From Octopus vulgaris (lineage: Eukaryota), in the NCBI GenBank assembly GCA_951406725.2, contig OX597821.1:115072001-115136000 (forward strand): a stretch of DNA of 64,000 nucleotides, given 5' to 3'. Below the pieces are notes generated by a model, which saw nothing but the letters and a program-made list of their open reading frames with translations, did not search any database and was not told the DNA's origin. Position 1 is the stretch's first letter; each line of letters begins with the position of its first letter. The translations under genes and the position numbers were made by a program. Below are positions 11,906 through 24,699 of this stretch, in pieces.

Positions 11906-13249
11906 CAAGTGTTTGACACTGAGTTTGACGGACTTACTTTACCAAACATGACTAATGTCACCAAATGCTAATTTCTACAAACAACTGATCTGTCACAAAT
12001 ATTGGTAAAGAAGACAAAGTTAAGTCTGAAGTATGCAGATTTCCTTGAATTCTTGGTAACATGAGACCATTCCATACCAGTTGTTTTGCTGCTCCCTTCT
12101 TTAGCCTTTATTTCCTCTAAGTATTAATTATTTTGACAGAATATTGAATAACCAATCTTTTTATAGTGGGTACATGGTAGGGAGATTTGGTAGGACTGTT
12201 ACCGTTTCCTGCCGTTTTAGAAAATAATGTTAACATTTTACATTATAGTTCTTTGACAGAATATTTCCTTTCCACCATATTTTCCTTTTTTTTTTTTATT
12301 CTCTATTTTCATCTTTTTTCTTTCTTCTTTGCATTTATTTTCTTTGTTTCTTTTTTATTGTCCTATTTTTAGGTCTTTTAGTTATTCCTGAAATAGTTTT
12401 CTTGATTTCAGTGTGAGTTTACACTCTATTATTTTTGGTTCTGCTGTTCTCCATTCCTTGTGTCATATGTTGAGATAGTATTTTCTTCCCTTTCCCATTT
12501 ATTTGTATTATTAATGAAACCGTGGGGAGAACGAAATTACTTTTGAGACTGCACACACGTCATTGTTAAGGGTTTATATGATACTATTAATCATGTTTTA
12601 CACACACACACACCATCATCATCATCATTTAACATCTATATTCCATGTTGGCATGAGTTGGATGGTTCGACAGGAGCTGGTAACCAGAGGACTGCATTGT
12701 GCTCCACTGTCAGCTTTGACATGGCTTCTCTGGTTGGATGACCTTCCTAACACCATTCACTTTACGGTGTACTGGGTGCTTTTTTTATGTGGCACCACCA
12801 CCTGTGTGTGTGTGTGTGAAGGCACATGGCATAGTGGTTAGGACGTTGCAGTCCCGGTCTAACGATTATGGATTCCTGGACTGTGTAGTACATTGAATCC
12901 TTGAGCAAAACTCTTCATTTCATGCTGTTCCAGTCCACTCAGCTCTAAATGGATCGCCCGTGATAGACCAGCTTTCTGATCAGGTGGAGATGTTGGCCTA
13001 CTTGCCTTGCCAGTGGGGTGGCATCATTCAAAAGGTGAAACAGTGTAAAGTGCATTGTGACCAGAGATGTATAACATCCAATAGTCTGGTCATATTTATA
13101 ATGTGGGTGTGTTGTTGTGTTGAGCTTGTGATCATAACATTTGTGAGTTCAATTGCAAGTGACAACTAAGCATGCCTATATAGAAATAAATGTATATATA
13201 TATGTATTTTTACATATATACACACATATATATATATATAATGTAAATA

Positions 13250-13409
13250 TGCAGGAGTGGCTGTGTGGTAAGTAGTTTGCTTACCAACCACATAGTTCTG
13301 GGTTCAGTCCCACTGTGTGACACCTTGGGCAAGTGTCTTCTACTATAGCCTCGGGCCGAACAAAGTCTTGTGAGTGGATTTGGTAGACAGAAACTGAAAG
13401 AAGCCTGTC

Positions 13410-13461
<52 letters not shown>

Positions 13462-13616
13462 AGGAGTGGCTGTGTGGTAAATAGCTTACTCACCAACTAT
13501 ATGGTCTCCAGTCAGTCCTACTGTGTGGCACATTGAGCGAGTGTCTTCTACTATAGTCTCGGGCCGACCAAAGCCTTATGAGTGGATTTGGTAGACGGAA
13601 ACTGAAAGAAGCCTGT

Positions 13617-13654
<38 letters not shown>

Positions 13655-13853
13655 GTGTGTGTATGGTTCTGTATTTGTCCCCCCACCATTTCTGTTTACG
13701 ACCCTGTAACTTAGTGACTGAATAGGACTGATAGAATAAGTACCAGGCTTACAAAGTACAAGTCTTGGGGTCAATTCTTTTGGCTGAAATTCTTCAAGGT
13801 TGTGCTCCAGCATGGCTGCAGTTCAATGACTGAAACAAGAATAAGATAAAAAG
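13250..13853 (+). mobile_element. SINE family A: tandem head plus full copy
   Basis: gcaggagtggctgtgtggtaa occurs at about 13251 and 13460, each followed by the core and (TA)n. Confidence 0.85.
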
Positions 13854-14679
13854 TCTGTCTGTTATGTGCATGTCTGTATGGTTAAGACTGCATGGGTTGG
13901 TGTTTCAGCCCCTCTGTGTGGCACCTTGGGTTGGTGTCTTGTAGTAAAGCCCCAGGTTGTCCAAGGATAATAATAATAATAATTTGTGAGGGGATTCAAT
14001 AGACGGATGAAAGAAGTCCACCATGGGTGTGTGTGTGTGTGTGTGTCCTTTATTTTCAACATTCTGTTCAAGCGTAGAGAAATATTAGGTTGTTTGGAAG
14101 CAAGGATAGGCAACAGAAAAGAAATGCAACTGCCTTGAGGAATTCCATCTGACCCATTCCACCCTGAAAAAGTAAATGTTAAAAAAAAGGATGAAGATGT
14201 CTGTATATATGTCACTAAGAAGGGCAGGCAGCCATAGAAACCATGCCAAAGTAGACATCGGAACATGACGCAGTTCTCTGACTCATCAGATCCTGTCTGT
14301 CCATGAAGATAGACATTAAATGGTGATATTGATGATGACGATGATGATGATGATGCATATACACACACACACATACGTATCATTTAATCTTATGTAATTT
14401 GTTTTTGAACGCATATGCGCATGTACACACACACACATACACACACAAACAAACATGTGAGTGTGTGTTTCACAGCTTGGATTCATAATTGCATTTATAT
14501 ACTGTGTGTGTTTGTGTGTGTTTGTGTGTGTTTGTGTGTGTGTGTGTGTGCAAGTATATTAAGAACCAAACTTAACTGTTAGAAATCATATATTAGCTTC
14601 CTTTATTACTGAAACAGCTCTAGCAATTTAATTTCTATTATGTTTAGCATATCAAGTTACAGTTAGGTTTCAGAGGTGT

Positions 14680-14828
14680 GTATCCATATCTATATCTGTC
14701 TACCTATATCTATATATCTATATCTATCTGTCTACCTGTATCTATCTGTCTGTGTGTCTGTCTATCTGTCTGTCTATCTGTCTGTCTGTCTATCTGTCTG
14801 TCTGTCTGTCTGCCTATCTGTCTGCCTA

Positions 14829-14860
<32 letters not shown>

Positions 14861-14980
14861 TCTATCTTTATCTAAATATCTGTCTGTCTGTCTATCTATC
14901 TATCTATTTATCTAAATATCTGTCTGTCTGTCTATCTATCTATCTAAATATCTGTCTGTCTATCTATATCTATCTGTCTG

Positions 14981-15029
<49 letters not shown>

Positions 15030-15090
15030 ATCTGTCTGTCTCTGTCTATCTATCTATCTCTGTCTGTCTATATCTATCTGTCTGTCTGTC
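14680..15090. repeat. Compound (TATC)/(TGTC) microsatellite
   Basis: Directly visible; source of the spurious ORFs 14676-15318. Confidence 0.95.
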
Positions 15091-15689
15091 GGTGCCACTT
15101 CAGTAATTATTCTAATGGTTTTATATATATTAGTGAACATAATTGCAACAAGTATTCTCGTCTTAATAACTGCCAATTGTCTACTACAACTAACAACAAT
15201 AATGATAATAATAAGGATTTATTTTTTGTTAGACTTTTTTGTTAGCTGTGAAGGTTTCGGCAAATTTGATCTTTTGTTGTTGTTGTTGTTTAACCCTAGG
15301 CCAACTCCCAGCAAGTAGACTTATGGTAAATGATCATCATCTGCATATGCTCATCCTGTATTTTAACAGGTGTGTGGAGCTATGCTATTTAGTGTGTACT
15401 GTCTATATTTAAGATGATAAGGTGTCATTTGAGGGATATTTGGCTGTTATTTCTTGCTGATCAAGTGACCACATTGCTGTTCCTCTATTGGTGTGACTGA
15501 CTCTGTGTGTGTCTGTGTGTGTATTTACTGAGAACCAGCTGGCGGCAGTGGGGTAGATGTATCATCATTAGTATTGATGTGTAGCCAAGGCCAACATGCT
15601 TCACTCTCAACACCTAAGTTCATATAATAATAATAATGATGATAATAATAATAATAATAATAATATGATAGCCAGTCAGGTATTGGTGG

Positions 15690-16020
15690 CACATGCTCTG
15701 ACCAGCTCCTGTGCCAGTGGCATGTAAAAAGCACCATCCAAATGTAGCCAATACCAGTACCCACTGACTGGCTCCCTTGCTGGTGGCATGTAAAAAGCAC
15801 CATTTGAGCATGGCCGATGCCAGTGCTGCCTGACTGGCCCCTGTGCCGGCGGCATGTAAAAAGCACCCACTACACTCTGGGAGTGGTTAGTGTTAAGAAG
15901 GTCATCCAGCTGTAGAAACCTTGCCAGATCAGATTGGAGCCTGGTGCAGCCTCCTGGCTTCCCAGACCCCAGTCAAACTGTCCAACCCATACCAGCATGG
16001 AAAACGGATGATGATGATAA
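15690..16020 (+). mobile_element. RTE 3' tail (family C)
   Basis: Three gtggcatgtaaaaagcacc sub-repeats followed by the standard tail. Confidence 0.8.
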
Positions 16021-16028
16021 TAATAATA

Positions 16029-16059
<31 letters not shown>

Positions 16060-16629
16060 TGATTTCAGATTTAAGCACAGGGTCAACAGTTTTTGAGGGG
16101 AGGGTAAAGTTGATTATATCAACCCCAGTGCTCAGCTGGTACTTATTCTATTGACTCCAAATGGGATGTAAGGGGCAAAGTCAACCTCGGTGGAATTTGA
16201 ACTTGGAACTTAAAGACAGATGAAAGGCTCCTAGGAATATATAGAGAAAAGGAAAGGGGAGAGTAAAAGAGCAACAGAATGAGTTAACATAAGCGGTGCA
16301 GGATAAGTACACATATGAGGCTTGGTGGCAGGCAAAGAGTAAAATAATGAAACACATACATACACTGAGCTTCTTTCAGTTTCCATTTGCCAAATCCACT
16401 CACTAGGTAGCAGGATGTGATGTTTACACTTATGGGTCTAGGTATGGCTGTGATTACAAAGTTAGCGTTGTAACTTTGTTGTTTTGAATGTTCCCCTCTT
16501 GGGCAAGAATGTTTGACCATAAGTCCGGCCATGAAAGGGAGACACAGGTAAGAGAATCACTCCATTTCCCACCTGACCTTTGAGTGTACCTCAGGGAATC
16601 CCTTCTGTTGCAAGTATTTGGGTCACGTA

Positions 16630-17028
16630 TCTTTTATCTTTTCCTTGTTACAGTTATTAGACTGTAGCCATGATACAGCACCGCCTTGAAGAATTTTAGT
16701 TGAACAAATTGACTACAGCACTTATTTTCTGTTTAAGACTGGTATTTATTTTATCAGTCTCTATAGCCAAACCACTATGTTATGAGGATGTAAACATGCC
16801 AACACTGGTTGTCAAGCTGTGGTGATGGAGAGGCACAAATAAAAAGACACATAATATATCCATGAGCTTCTTTCAGTTTCTGTATACCAAATCCACTCAC
16901 AAGACTTTGTTTGGACCAAGGCTATAGCAGAATAAAAAGCACCTGGCCAAGGTACCACACAATAGGACTGAACCTGGAAGCATGTGGTTGAAAAACAAAC
17001 TTCTTACCACCCTGCCACACCTGCACCT
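16630..17028 (-). mobile_element. SINE family A (older copy)
   Basis: Diverged but colinear with 45085-45495. Confidence 0.7.
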
Positions 17029-17142
17029 ATGAAGACAATCTCTCCTACACCCCCTCCCCTTAGTCTTGAAGGCCCTAAAAAGAGTTGTAGGTACTGCCCT
17101 TCCTTATCTGACTTAGCCATTAGGGGAAAACAAAATATATAT

Positions 17143-17643
17143 AACACCAATGTCGCCTTACTGGCACCTGTGCTGGTGGCATGTGTAAAAAGATTTGAGT
17201 GAGGTCGTTGCCAGTACCGCTTGACTGGACCCATGCCGGTAGCATGTAAAAAGCACCCACTACACTTCCGGAGTGGTTGGCGTTAGGAAGGGCATCCAGC
17301 TGTAGAAACTCTGCCAGATCAAGATTGGAGCCTGATGCGGCTGTCTGGTTCGCCAGCCCTCAGTCAAAATCGTCCAACCCATGCTAGCATGGAAAGTGGA
17401 TGTTGACCCTTTCGCTACCAACCCGGCTGAAACCGGCTCTGTAGGACAAATGTCTTGTTTTCATAAATTTTGGATTAAAATCTTCCACCAAACCTTAGTC
17501 ACAGTTTCTGTTCCTAACACTAGCTTAATGATAACGAGGTTATTTTATTAAATTCTTTGTTATATCTGAAATAATTGAAAGAAACACAGAGCATCTCAAA
17601 ATAAATACATTAACGAAATGGTTAAATGATGATGATGATGATG
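17143..17643 (+). mobile_element. RTE 3' tail (family C) carrying a nested MITE
   Basis: Tail is split at ggatg|ttaa|atgatgat by the element at 17403-17625. Confidence 0.8.
17403..17625 (+). mobile_element. piggyBac-type (TTAA) MITE family 1
   Basis: tt(g)a-CCCTTTCG...CGAAATGG-ttaa; homologous to 20714-20942 and 42433-42652. Confidence 0.8.
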
Positions 17644-18326
17644 GATGAAATTGCTCCAAAATAGTGTTTAAGGATCTGCTTTAGGCATCACCAATGACAG
17701 CAATGGAAGAAACTACTACTGCAATGAAAATGGTAGCCTAGCACCATGGCGGCAGAGAAGCTGAATGTCAGCTTAACACACTATACTTCTTAATGTGTAT
17801 TGTAGCTACAAAATAATTGTTGTTGAAAGATTCTAACTCTTCCTTCTGAAAACTATAACTTGTTCTTACTAAAACAACAGCAAAAAATACCTAAAGCTTC
17901 AGAATTTTATTAGCAACAACCATTGTTGAATCTTACACAACCATTGTAGAATCTTAACTCTGTAAGTGCACTGGTGTTCATTATTTCTGAAATTAGCTTC
18001 TATCAAAACATTGGCCAAGATTCCAAGAGCATTGAGTTGCTTTTGTTCACTTTATTAATGGCACATTGTTCTTAGTAAATGCAGAATATTACAATGACTT
18101 CCCTTGTCTCAAAGCAAGAATATGTCAAGTTAAATAAACATCTGTTGAAATCAGAGTCTTCATGGAGTCTTATTCTATCGAATACCAATGTTTGGGAGAA
18201 GCATCAGCTTTCAGGCTTTTAAAGGATTGGTCGTTGTGGTTTCACTACTGTCTGAAATTTTAAGGATCTGAAATTGTAATGCCTTATATCTATCTATCTA
18301 TCTACCTAAACCCACCCATCCATCCA

Positions 18327-18386
<60 letters not shown>

Positions 18387-19799
18387 GCAGGATTAATAGA
18401 AAGGAAAGCGATTGTATGGGTTTTTTTTTTGGGGGGGGGGGGCTGAGTTTCATACACTGCACTTAACAAACCATTTCAAAATCTAGGAATTTGCTTTTGT
18501 CTAGGTTGGCTAATAATTGGAGGGCTAAATGAATGATGTATACATTATCTAGAGTTCATTATAAATCAGTTTGCACTAAAGTAGAGTCGCAGACTTTGAA
18601 GGAGTTTGAAAAGTGCCATATATGAAACTGTTGGCCCTTGAGTCACTTTGTAACTTTGATGTGGTTAAGAAGATTGTTTCCTAATGATTCTGGGTTCAAT
18701 TCCACTGTACGGCACCTTGTGCAAGTGGTTTCCACTATAGCCCTGTGCAAGTTGATTTTAGATGGAACCTAAAAGAAGCCCATAAAAAGGATAATAATGT
18801 TATTTTACTAAATTCTTCATTATTTAAAAAATTAATTGAAACACGGGCTGTATATTTCAATAGAAAGTGTTAAAGGGATCTGAATTAAAACCTATCAAAA
18901 TTTCATGTTAATTTAAGTTCCAAAAACCATCTTAATAAGGTTAAAGTTATTTTACTAAATTGTTGATTATTCTAAAAATTAATTGAAATAAAGGCAGTTA
19001 ATATCTATAGAAATATGGTACCAAAAGGGTCAACCCTTTTGATACCAACCAAACAGAGAATTACCCTGGTTGTGTGATATAAACTTCTTGTTTTAAAGTG
19101 ACCTGAATAGAAACCTTTCCATCCTAATTTCGTGTTAATTCCTTTTCCAAATATCAATTAATGACAACAAAGTTTACTTTAGTGGATTCTTTATTATTTT
19201 AAATAAACTCTTTGAAACAATGACTGTTTATGTCTACAGAAATATGATAACAAAGGGGTGAATGGAAAAACATTAAAATAATTGAAATAATGTGAGTGTG
19301 TGCGTGTGTGTGCGTGCATGTGTGTGTGTGTGCGTGTGTGTGAATGGAAAGAAAAGGTTGTGGAATTTCTCTGATGCAATGTTGTTGTTGTTGTTGCTGT
19401 GCCCAATTTTCCTTCTGTTTCACTGGGAAGGAATCTATGTTCTTTAACTTTGCTATATTTGTAAAGTATGCCATAACATCATCATCATCATCATTGTTTT
19501 AAAGTCCATAGCTTTTCCATAGCTTGCATGGGATGGACGGAATTCATTGAGGTAGATTTTCTATGGTCGTCTGCCCTCGCCTGTTTTCATTCAAGGTAAC
19601 ATTTTTCTATGGCCAGACATGATGTGGTGTAAAGAGGAGAAACATGCATGCACCACACATGCACAGATGTGCACCCCTGTGCATACATACCAAAGAGCAA
19701 ACAGTGGAACATGATGCAGTTCTTGAACCCATTGGATCCTGTCAAACCATCCAATCCTTGCCAACACAGAATATGAATGTTAAATTGCTGTTGCAGCTT

Positions 19800-20184
19800 G
19801 TTTGTGTGTTTGTTTGTTGAGCGAAGCGGTCTTCATCCCAGTGCTTGCAGTGGGAGAAGTCCGAAACGTGGTCCTTTGCTATTCGTAAGACCAGCAGAAG
19901 AGAACGCAGGTCAACCCCTGACACCGAGAGCATCAACGGATGGATGAATGCGCATCCAGGCTCAGCGGTTGTGTAGGAAGTCGGGGACAAGAAACAGGAA
20001 GAAAGAGTGAGAGAAAGTTGGAGCGAAAGAGTACAACAGGGGTTGCCACCACCCCCTGCCGGAGCCTAGTGGAGCTTTAGGTGTTTTTGCTCAATAAACA
20101 CACACAATGCCCGGTCTGGGAATCGAAATCGCGATCATCCGACCGTGAGTCTGCTGCCCTAACCACTGGGCCATTTGCCTCCAC
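19800..20184 (-). mobile_element. tRNA-derived SINE family D
   Basis: Reverse complement of ggaggc..tggcccagtggttagggcag...ttcgattcccagaccggg...ctcaacaaac; copies at 47644, 59523 and 63646. Confidence 0.85.
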
Positions 20185-20713
20185 TGCTGCTGATGATATA
20201 TGTGTGGCATTTGTGAGATTGTGTGTGTGATAGGCTTCTCTTCAGTTTCCCTCTACTAAATTCACTCACAATCTATTGGCCAAACCTAGACACTTAATCA
20301 AAGTGCCACACAGACTGAAACCAGTCCCTTCTGGTTAGGAAATGAATGTCTTAACCATACAACCCACACCAGTAGAAAATGTGATAATGTTAGCTTGAGG
20401 CTAAGAATGGAACTTTGTTTTACCATTTCCATTTACTGATAAAATAGATTTCCTTATTCAGTTCCTGCATTTTTCTTACTAGTATTTCATATAACTGCTC
20501 TTCTGCACACCAACTGATCAAGGAAATATCCTTTTTATTATTATTTGTTTTATTTTTAGTCATCTTAGTTCTAGCTAAAAACAAGGGCCTGTCTCAGGCA
20601 GATTGATATCAAAAGGGTTAGCCCTTTTCTTACCAAATTTCTATTGAAAGACACTGCATTTGTTTCAGGTAATTTTTAAAATAATGAAAAATTTAGTCAA
20701 ATAACTGTTGTTA

Positions 20714-20942
20714 TTAACCCTTTCATTACTGTATTTCTGTTGAGATGCTCTGTGTTTCTTTCAATTATTTTGAATATAACAAAGAATTTGGTGAAATAAC
20801 TTATTTATCATTCAGCTAGTGTTAGGAACATAAATTGTGAGTAAGGTTTGGTGGAAGATTTTAATTCAGAACTTATGCAAACAAGACCTTTGTAGAACAG
20901 AGCCAGAGTCGGTTTCAGCCGGATTGGTATCAAAAGGGTTAA
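20714..20942 (-). mobile_element. piggyBac-type MITE family 1
   Basis: TTAA-CCCTTT...AAAGGG-TTAA; degenerate relatives at about 18810-19230, 20600-20713 and 20943-21185. Confidence 0.85.
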
Positions 20943-21214
20943 GGTGATGTTTGAAACATAATTTTACATGAAATTTTGATGGAAGTTTTTTATTCAGAGT
21001 ACAATATTTCTCTTAAAACGCATTCTTTGTTTCAATTAATTTTTATAATAAGCATTTATTAAAATAATTTTATTATTATTAAGATGAAATTTTGGTTTGT
21101 TGGTCAGGTCATTTTGATTTCGAACAGAAAGTTTCTATCATAGAACCAAGGACAGTCTCAGACTGGATGGCATCAAAAGAGTTAAAATTTGTCATTCAGA
21201 GCTGTTATATTCTA

Positions 21215-21575
21215 TCTTTTACTTGTTTCAGTTATTAGACTCTGGCCATGCTGGGGCACCACCTTGAAGAACTTTTAGTTAAATGAATTGACCCCAGTAT
21301 TTTTTCTTTTAAAGCCTAGTACTTATTCTATCAGTCTCTTTCAACAAACTGCTAAGTTACAGGGACATAAACACACCAACACTGGTTGTCAAGCAATACA
21401 CACACACACATATATGACGGGCTTCTTTCATTTTCTGTCTAACAAATTCACTTACAAGGCTTTGGTTGGCCCAAGTCTATAATAAAAGACACTTGCCCAA
21501 GGTGCCATGCAGTGGGACTGAACCTGGAACCATGTGGTTGGGAAGCAAATTTCTTAACACACAGCCACACCTACA
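21215..21575 (-). mobile_element. SINE family A
   Basis: Full-length match. Confidence 0.8.
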
Positions 21576-22339
21576 CTTATTATCTATATTTGTGTTTCAA
21601 TGTCCTCTGCTAAACCCCAAACAAACATTGGATAGAAAGCAGCGCCAGGACAATATACAACTAATTCCAACCCCATCCATATCTGAAAAAAAATTTTTCT
21701 TATCAGTTCGAAATGTGCAGTGAACAGTGACTATCGTAAGTGCAGTTTGTAAACACAATTTAGGAATCTCATTAACTTATTTATATCTATTTCATCAGTA
21801 ATTTTTTTTTCCTATTTATACCTGATCCTTTTTTTTCTATCTTGTTTACATAATCTTTATTATTATGTTTTTTGATAATAATATTTCCTCTCCTGTTGTA
21901 TAGGAAGAAAGTTCCATCTCCATTTTTGCTTTTTATTCAGTCTGTCTGTTATGATAAAACTTTGGTAACACCATTTATTACAAGTTCCATCAGATTTCTT
22001 TTCTGCTTCATTGATTGATGCAATGTCGCACCGGTATACTGCAGTGAAGGATCCTTTCGGAGAAGTTCATTTTCTCTCTTTTATATTTTCTCATCTGCAA
22101 AATATTTTTTTTTGATATCCCTGTTGGAATTATGTCCATCTAAAAGCACTGACATTCATCAAGTGCACCAAACACTAGGTTTAAAATTTGATGGTTCATT
22201 CTATGAATTCAGAATAAAATTACTTATCAACCTTTTTCTATAGAATGGAAAGTAATTATATTCTCTAGATTTTATATTTACAGACTGTCTTTTAGTCATA
22301 AACACTGTGTTTACATGTAAATCATCGAAAACAACTTAG

Positions 22340-22600
22340 ATTAGATGGCACGTAAAAGCACTAGCCGAACGTGATTGATGCCAGGCCTGCATGACTGGCT
22401 CCTGTGCTGGTGGCACATAAAAAGCACCTACTACACTCTCGGAGTGGTTGGCGTTAGGAAGGGCATCCAGCTGTAGAAACACTACCAGATCAGAGTGGAG
22501 CCTGATGCAGATGCTGGCTCTCCGAAACTCAGTCAAGCCATCCAACCCATACCAGCATGGAAAATAAGTGTTAAACGATGGTGATCGTCTTGATGATGAT
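22340..22600 (+). mobile_element. RTE 3' tail (family C)
   Basis: Standard tail motifs. Confidence 0.8.
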
Positions 22601-22732
22601 ACTTAAGGATTGCAGTCGTGAGGCTGAGTAATGTCGATATAGAATCTTGTAGTGAGATGTTCTACAATGGCATTCTTAGAATGAATCATATTGCTACCAA
22701 GCTCAAGAGTCACTGAGTTATTTGTAGGTATT

Positions 22733-22945
22733 GTTAGCATGCCGGACGAAATGCTTAGCGGTATTTTGTCTACTGTTACGTTCTGAGTTCAAATTCCGCC
22801 AAGGTTGACTTAGCCTTTCATCCTTTCGGGGTCGATTAAATAAGTACCAGTTACGCACTGGGGTCGATGTAATTGTCTTAACCCGTTTGTCTGTCCTTGT
22901 TTGTCCCCTCTGTGGTTAGCCCCTTGTGGGTAGTAAAGAAATAGG
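22733..22945 (+). mobile_element. SINE family B
   Basis: Match to 6417-6635. Confidence 0.85.
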
Positions 22946-24699
22946 TAATTTCTTGGTGCTGTGAGTATCGAATATTAAAGCTCAATCTAAATGCTTAGAG
23001 TGTGGTATTTACCATTACTCTGATGCCAATGACTGATCTATGCAAAAGAAAAAAAAATCATATTGCTGCCTTATGTTGATGAAGTCATCATCATCATCAT
23101 TCTCATCATCATCATCATTCTCATCAGTATCATCATAATCGTAATCTTTGTCAGCATCATCATCATCATCATCACCATCATTGTTTTTGTCATCACTAGA
23201 ATCATCATTACCATTGTTGCCATCGTCACCATCAGTTTATCATTGCTATCATCATTGTTGTCATCCCTATTTCAATTCTGTGTTGTTTTTCCATGCTAGC
23301 ATGGGTCAGAAGAGACTTGCTCAAGGCTCTCTTTTGTCTCCCGATCTCTTTCCTCACATCCTGATTTGTTTCTTTTTGTTTCAAGTTCTGTACTTTTATT
23401 TCATTAGTCTTTAGATGTCAAAAACCATTGACCCTCCCCTCCCACCACACTGTATCGGGTACAGCAGATGTGGATCAACTCTTTCTCCCTCCATTGCTGG
23501 TCTACATACCGTCAGTGCAAACCTTATACAGCAATAAACATTTACACACACACACACATTCTCTCACATACATGTACACACACACACTCTCTCTCTCTCT
23601 CTCTTTCATATGCATGCACACACGCTCTCTCTCTCTCTCTCTCTCTCTCAAACACACATGCAAACACAAACTTTTATATGCACACACACACCCTTTATCA
23701 TACTCACACAGCTATGTATACACACACACACACACACATACACATGACAGGCTTCCATACAGTCTCCATATACTAATTTCACTCACAAGGCACTGGTCAG
23801 CCTGAAACTGTAGTAGAAGACACTTGACCAAAGTGCCATGTACTGAGATGGAACCTGAAAACATGTGCTTACAAAACGAACCTTTTGACCCCCACAGCCA
23901 CCCTTGAATTAGAGAGACTGCACAAGGCAAAGTATGAAATCTTTTTGGTTTAGTTTCCACTGCGTGTATTAAAGGATTTGTGTTTAGAATTAAAAACTAA
24001 CCAACAATGCCTAATTCCATTCTGATATACGATGCATGAAAGAGGAAAAAAAATCAGACCCCTGCACTTAAATGGTTCTTTATTTTATTAACCCCGGAAG
24101 GACGAAAGGTAAATTTGATACCACTGGAATTTGAACCAGCTGCAATCATGAGAGTGCTGTTGAGAATTATTTCTAACCACATGGTTTCAGGTTCAAAATG
24201 CCATAATTAAATTCTGCTAGACATTTTGTTCTATTTCCTGGTGGCTCTACCATTCCACTACCTGGATGCTTTACCTGTATTCTAAAACTTACCTGTCTGT
24301 CCAATTATGTATTATATAAACTAAAGATAAATGAAAGCTGATTGAGGAGTTATTTTGAGACCAACAGTAGCCATTTTCATGCTTAAATGTCATAATCTAC
24401 GTTCAAAATTTCTTCAAAAGTAGAAATAGATTTTAGTAAAACCAAATAAAATAAAAAAATGAAAAAACCCAGCTATTATGTAACAGGATTGCGAAATATG
24501 TAGTTGCTATATTTAATTACCAATATGCTGCTGTGTAGAAGTAGTGTGCAACACACACACACATACACACACACAATAACTATTTAGTTATCAATATATT
24601 GTCATAGAAAAATGTTCAATATGTATGTGTGTTGATGTATGTGTGTCTGTATATATGTATGTATAATCTGTATGTATATATGTCTATATATGTATGTGT

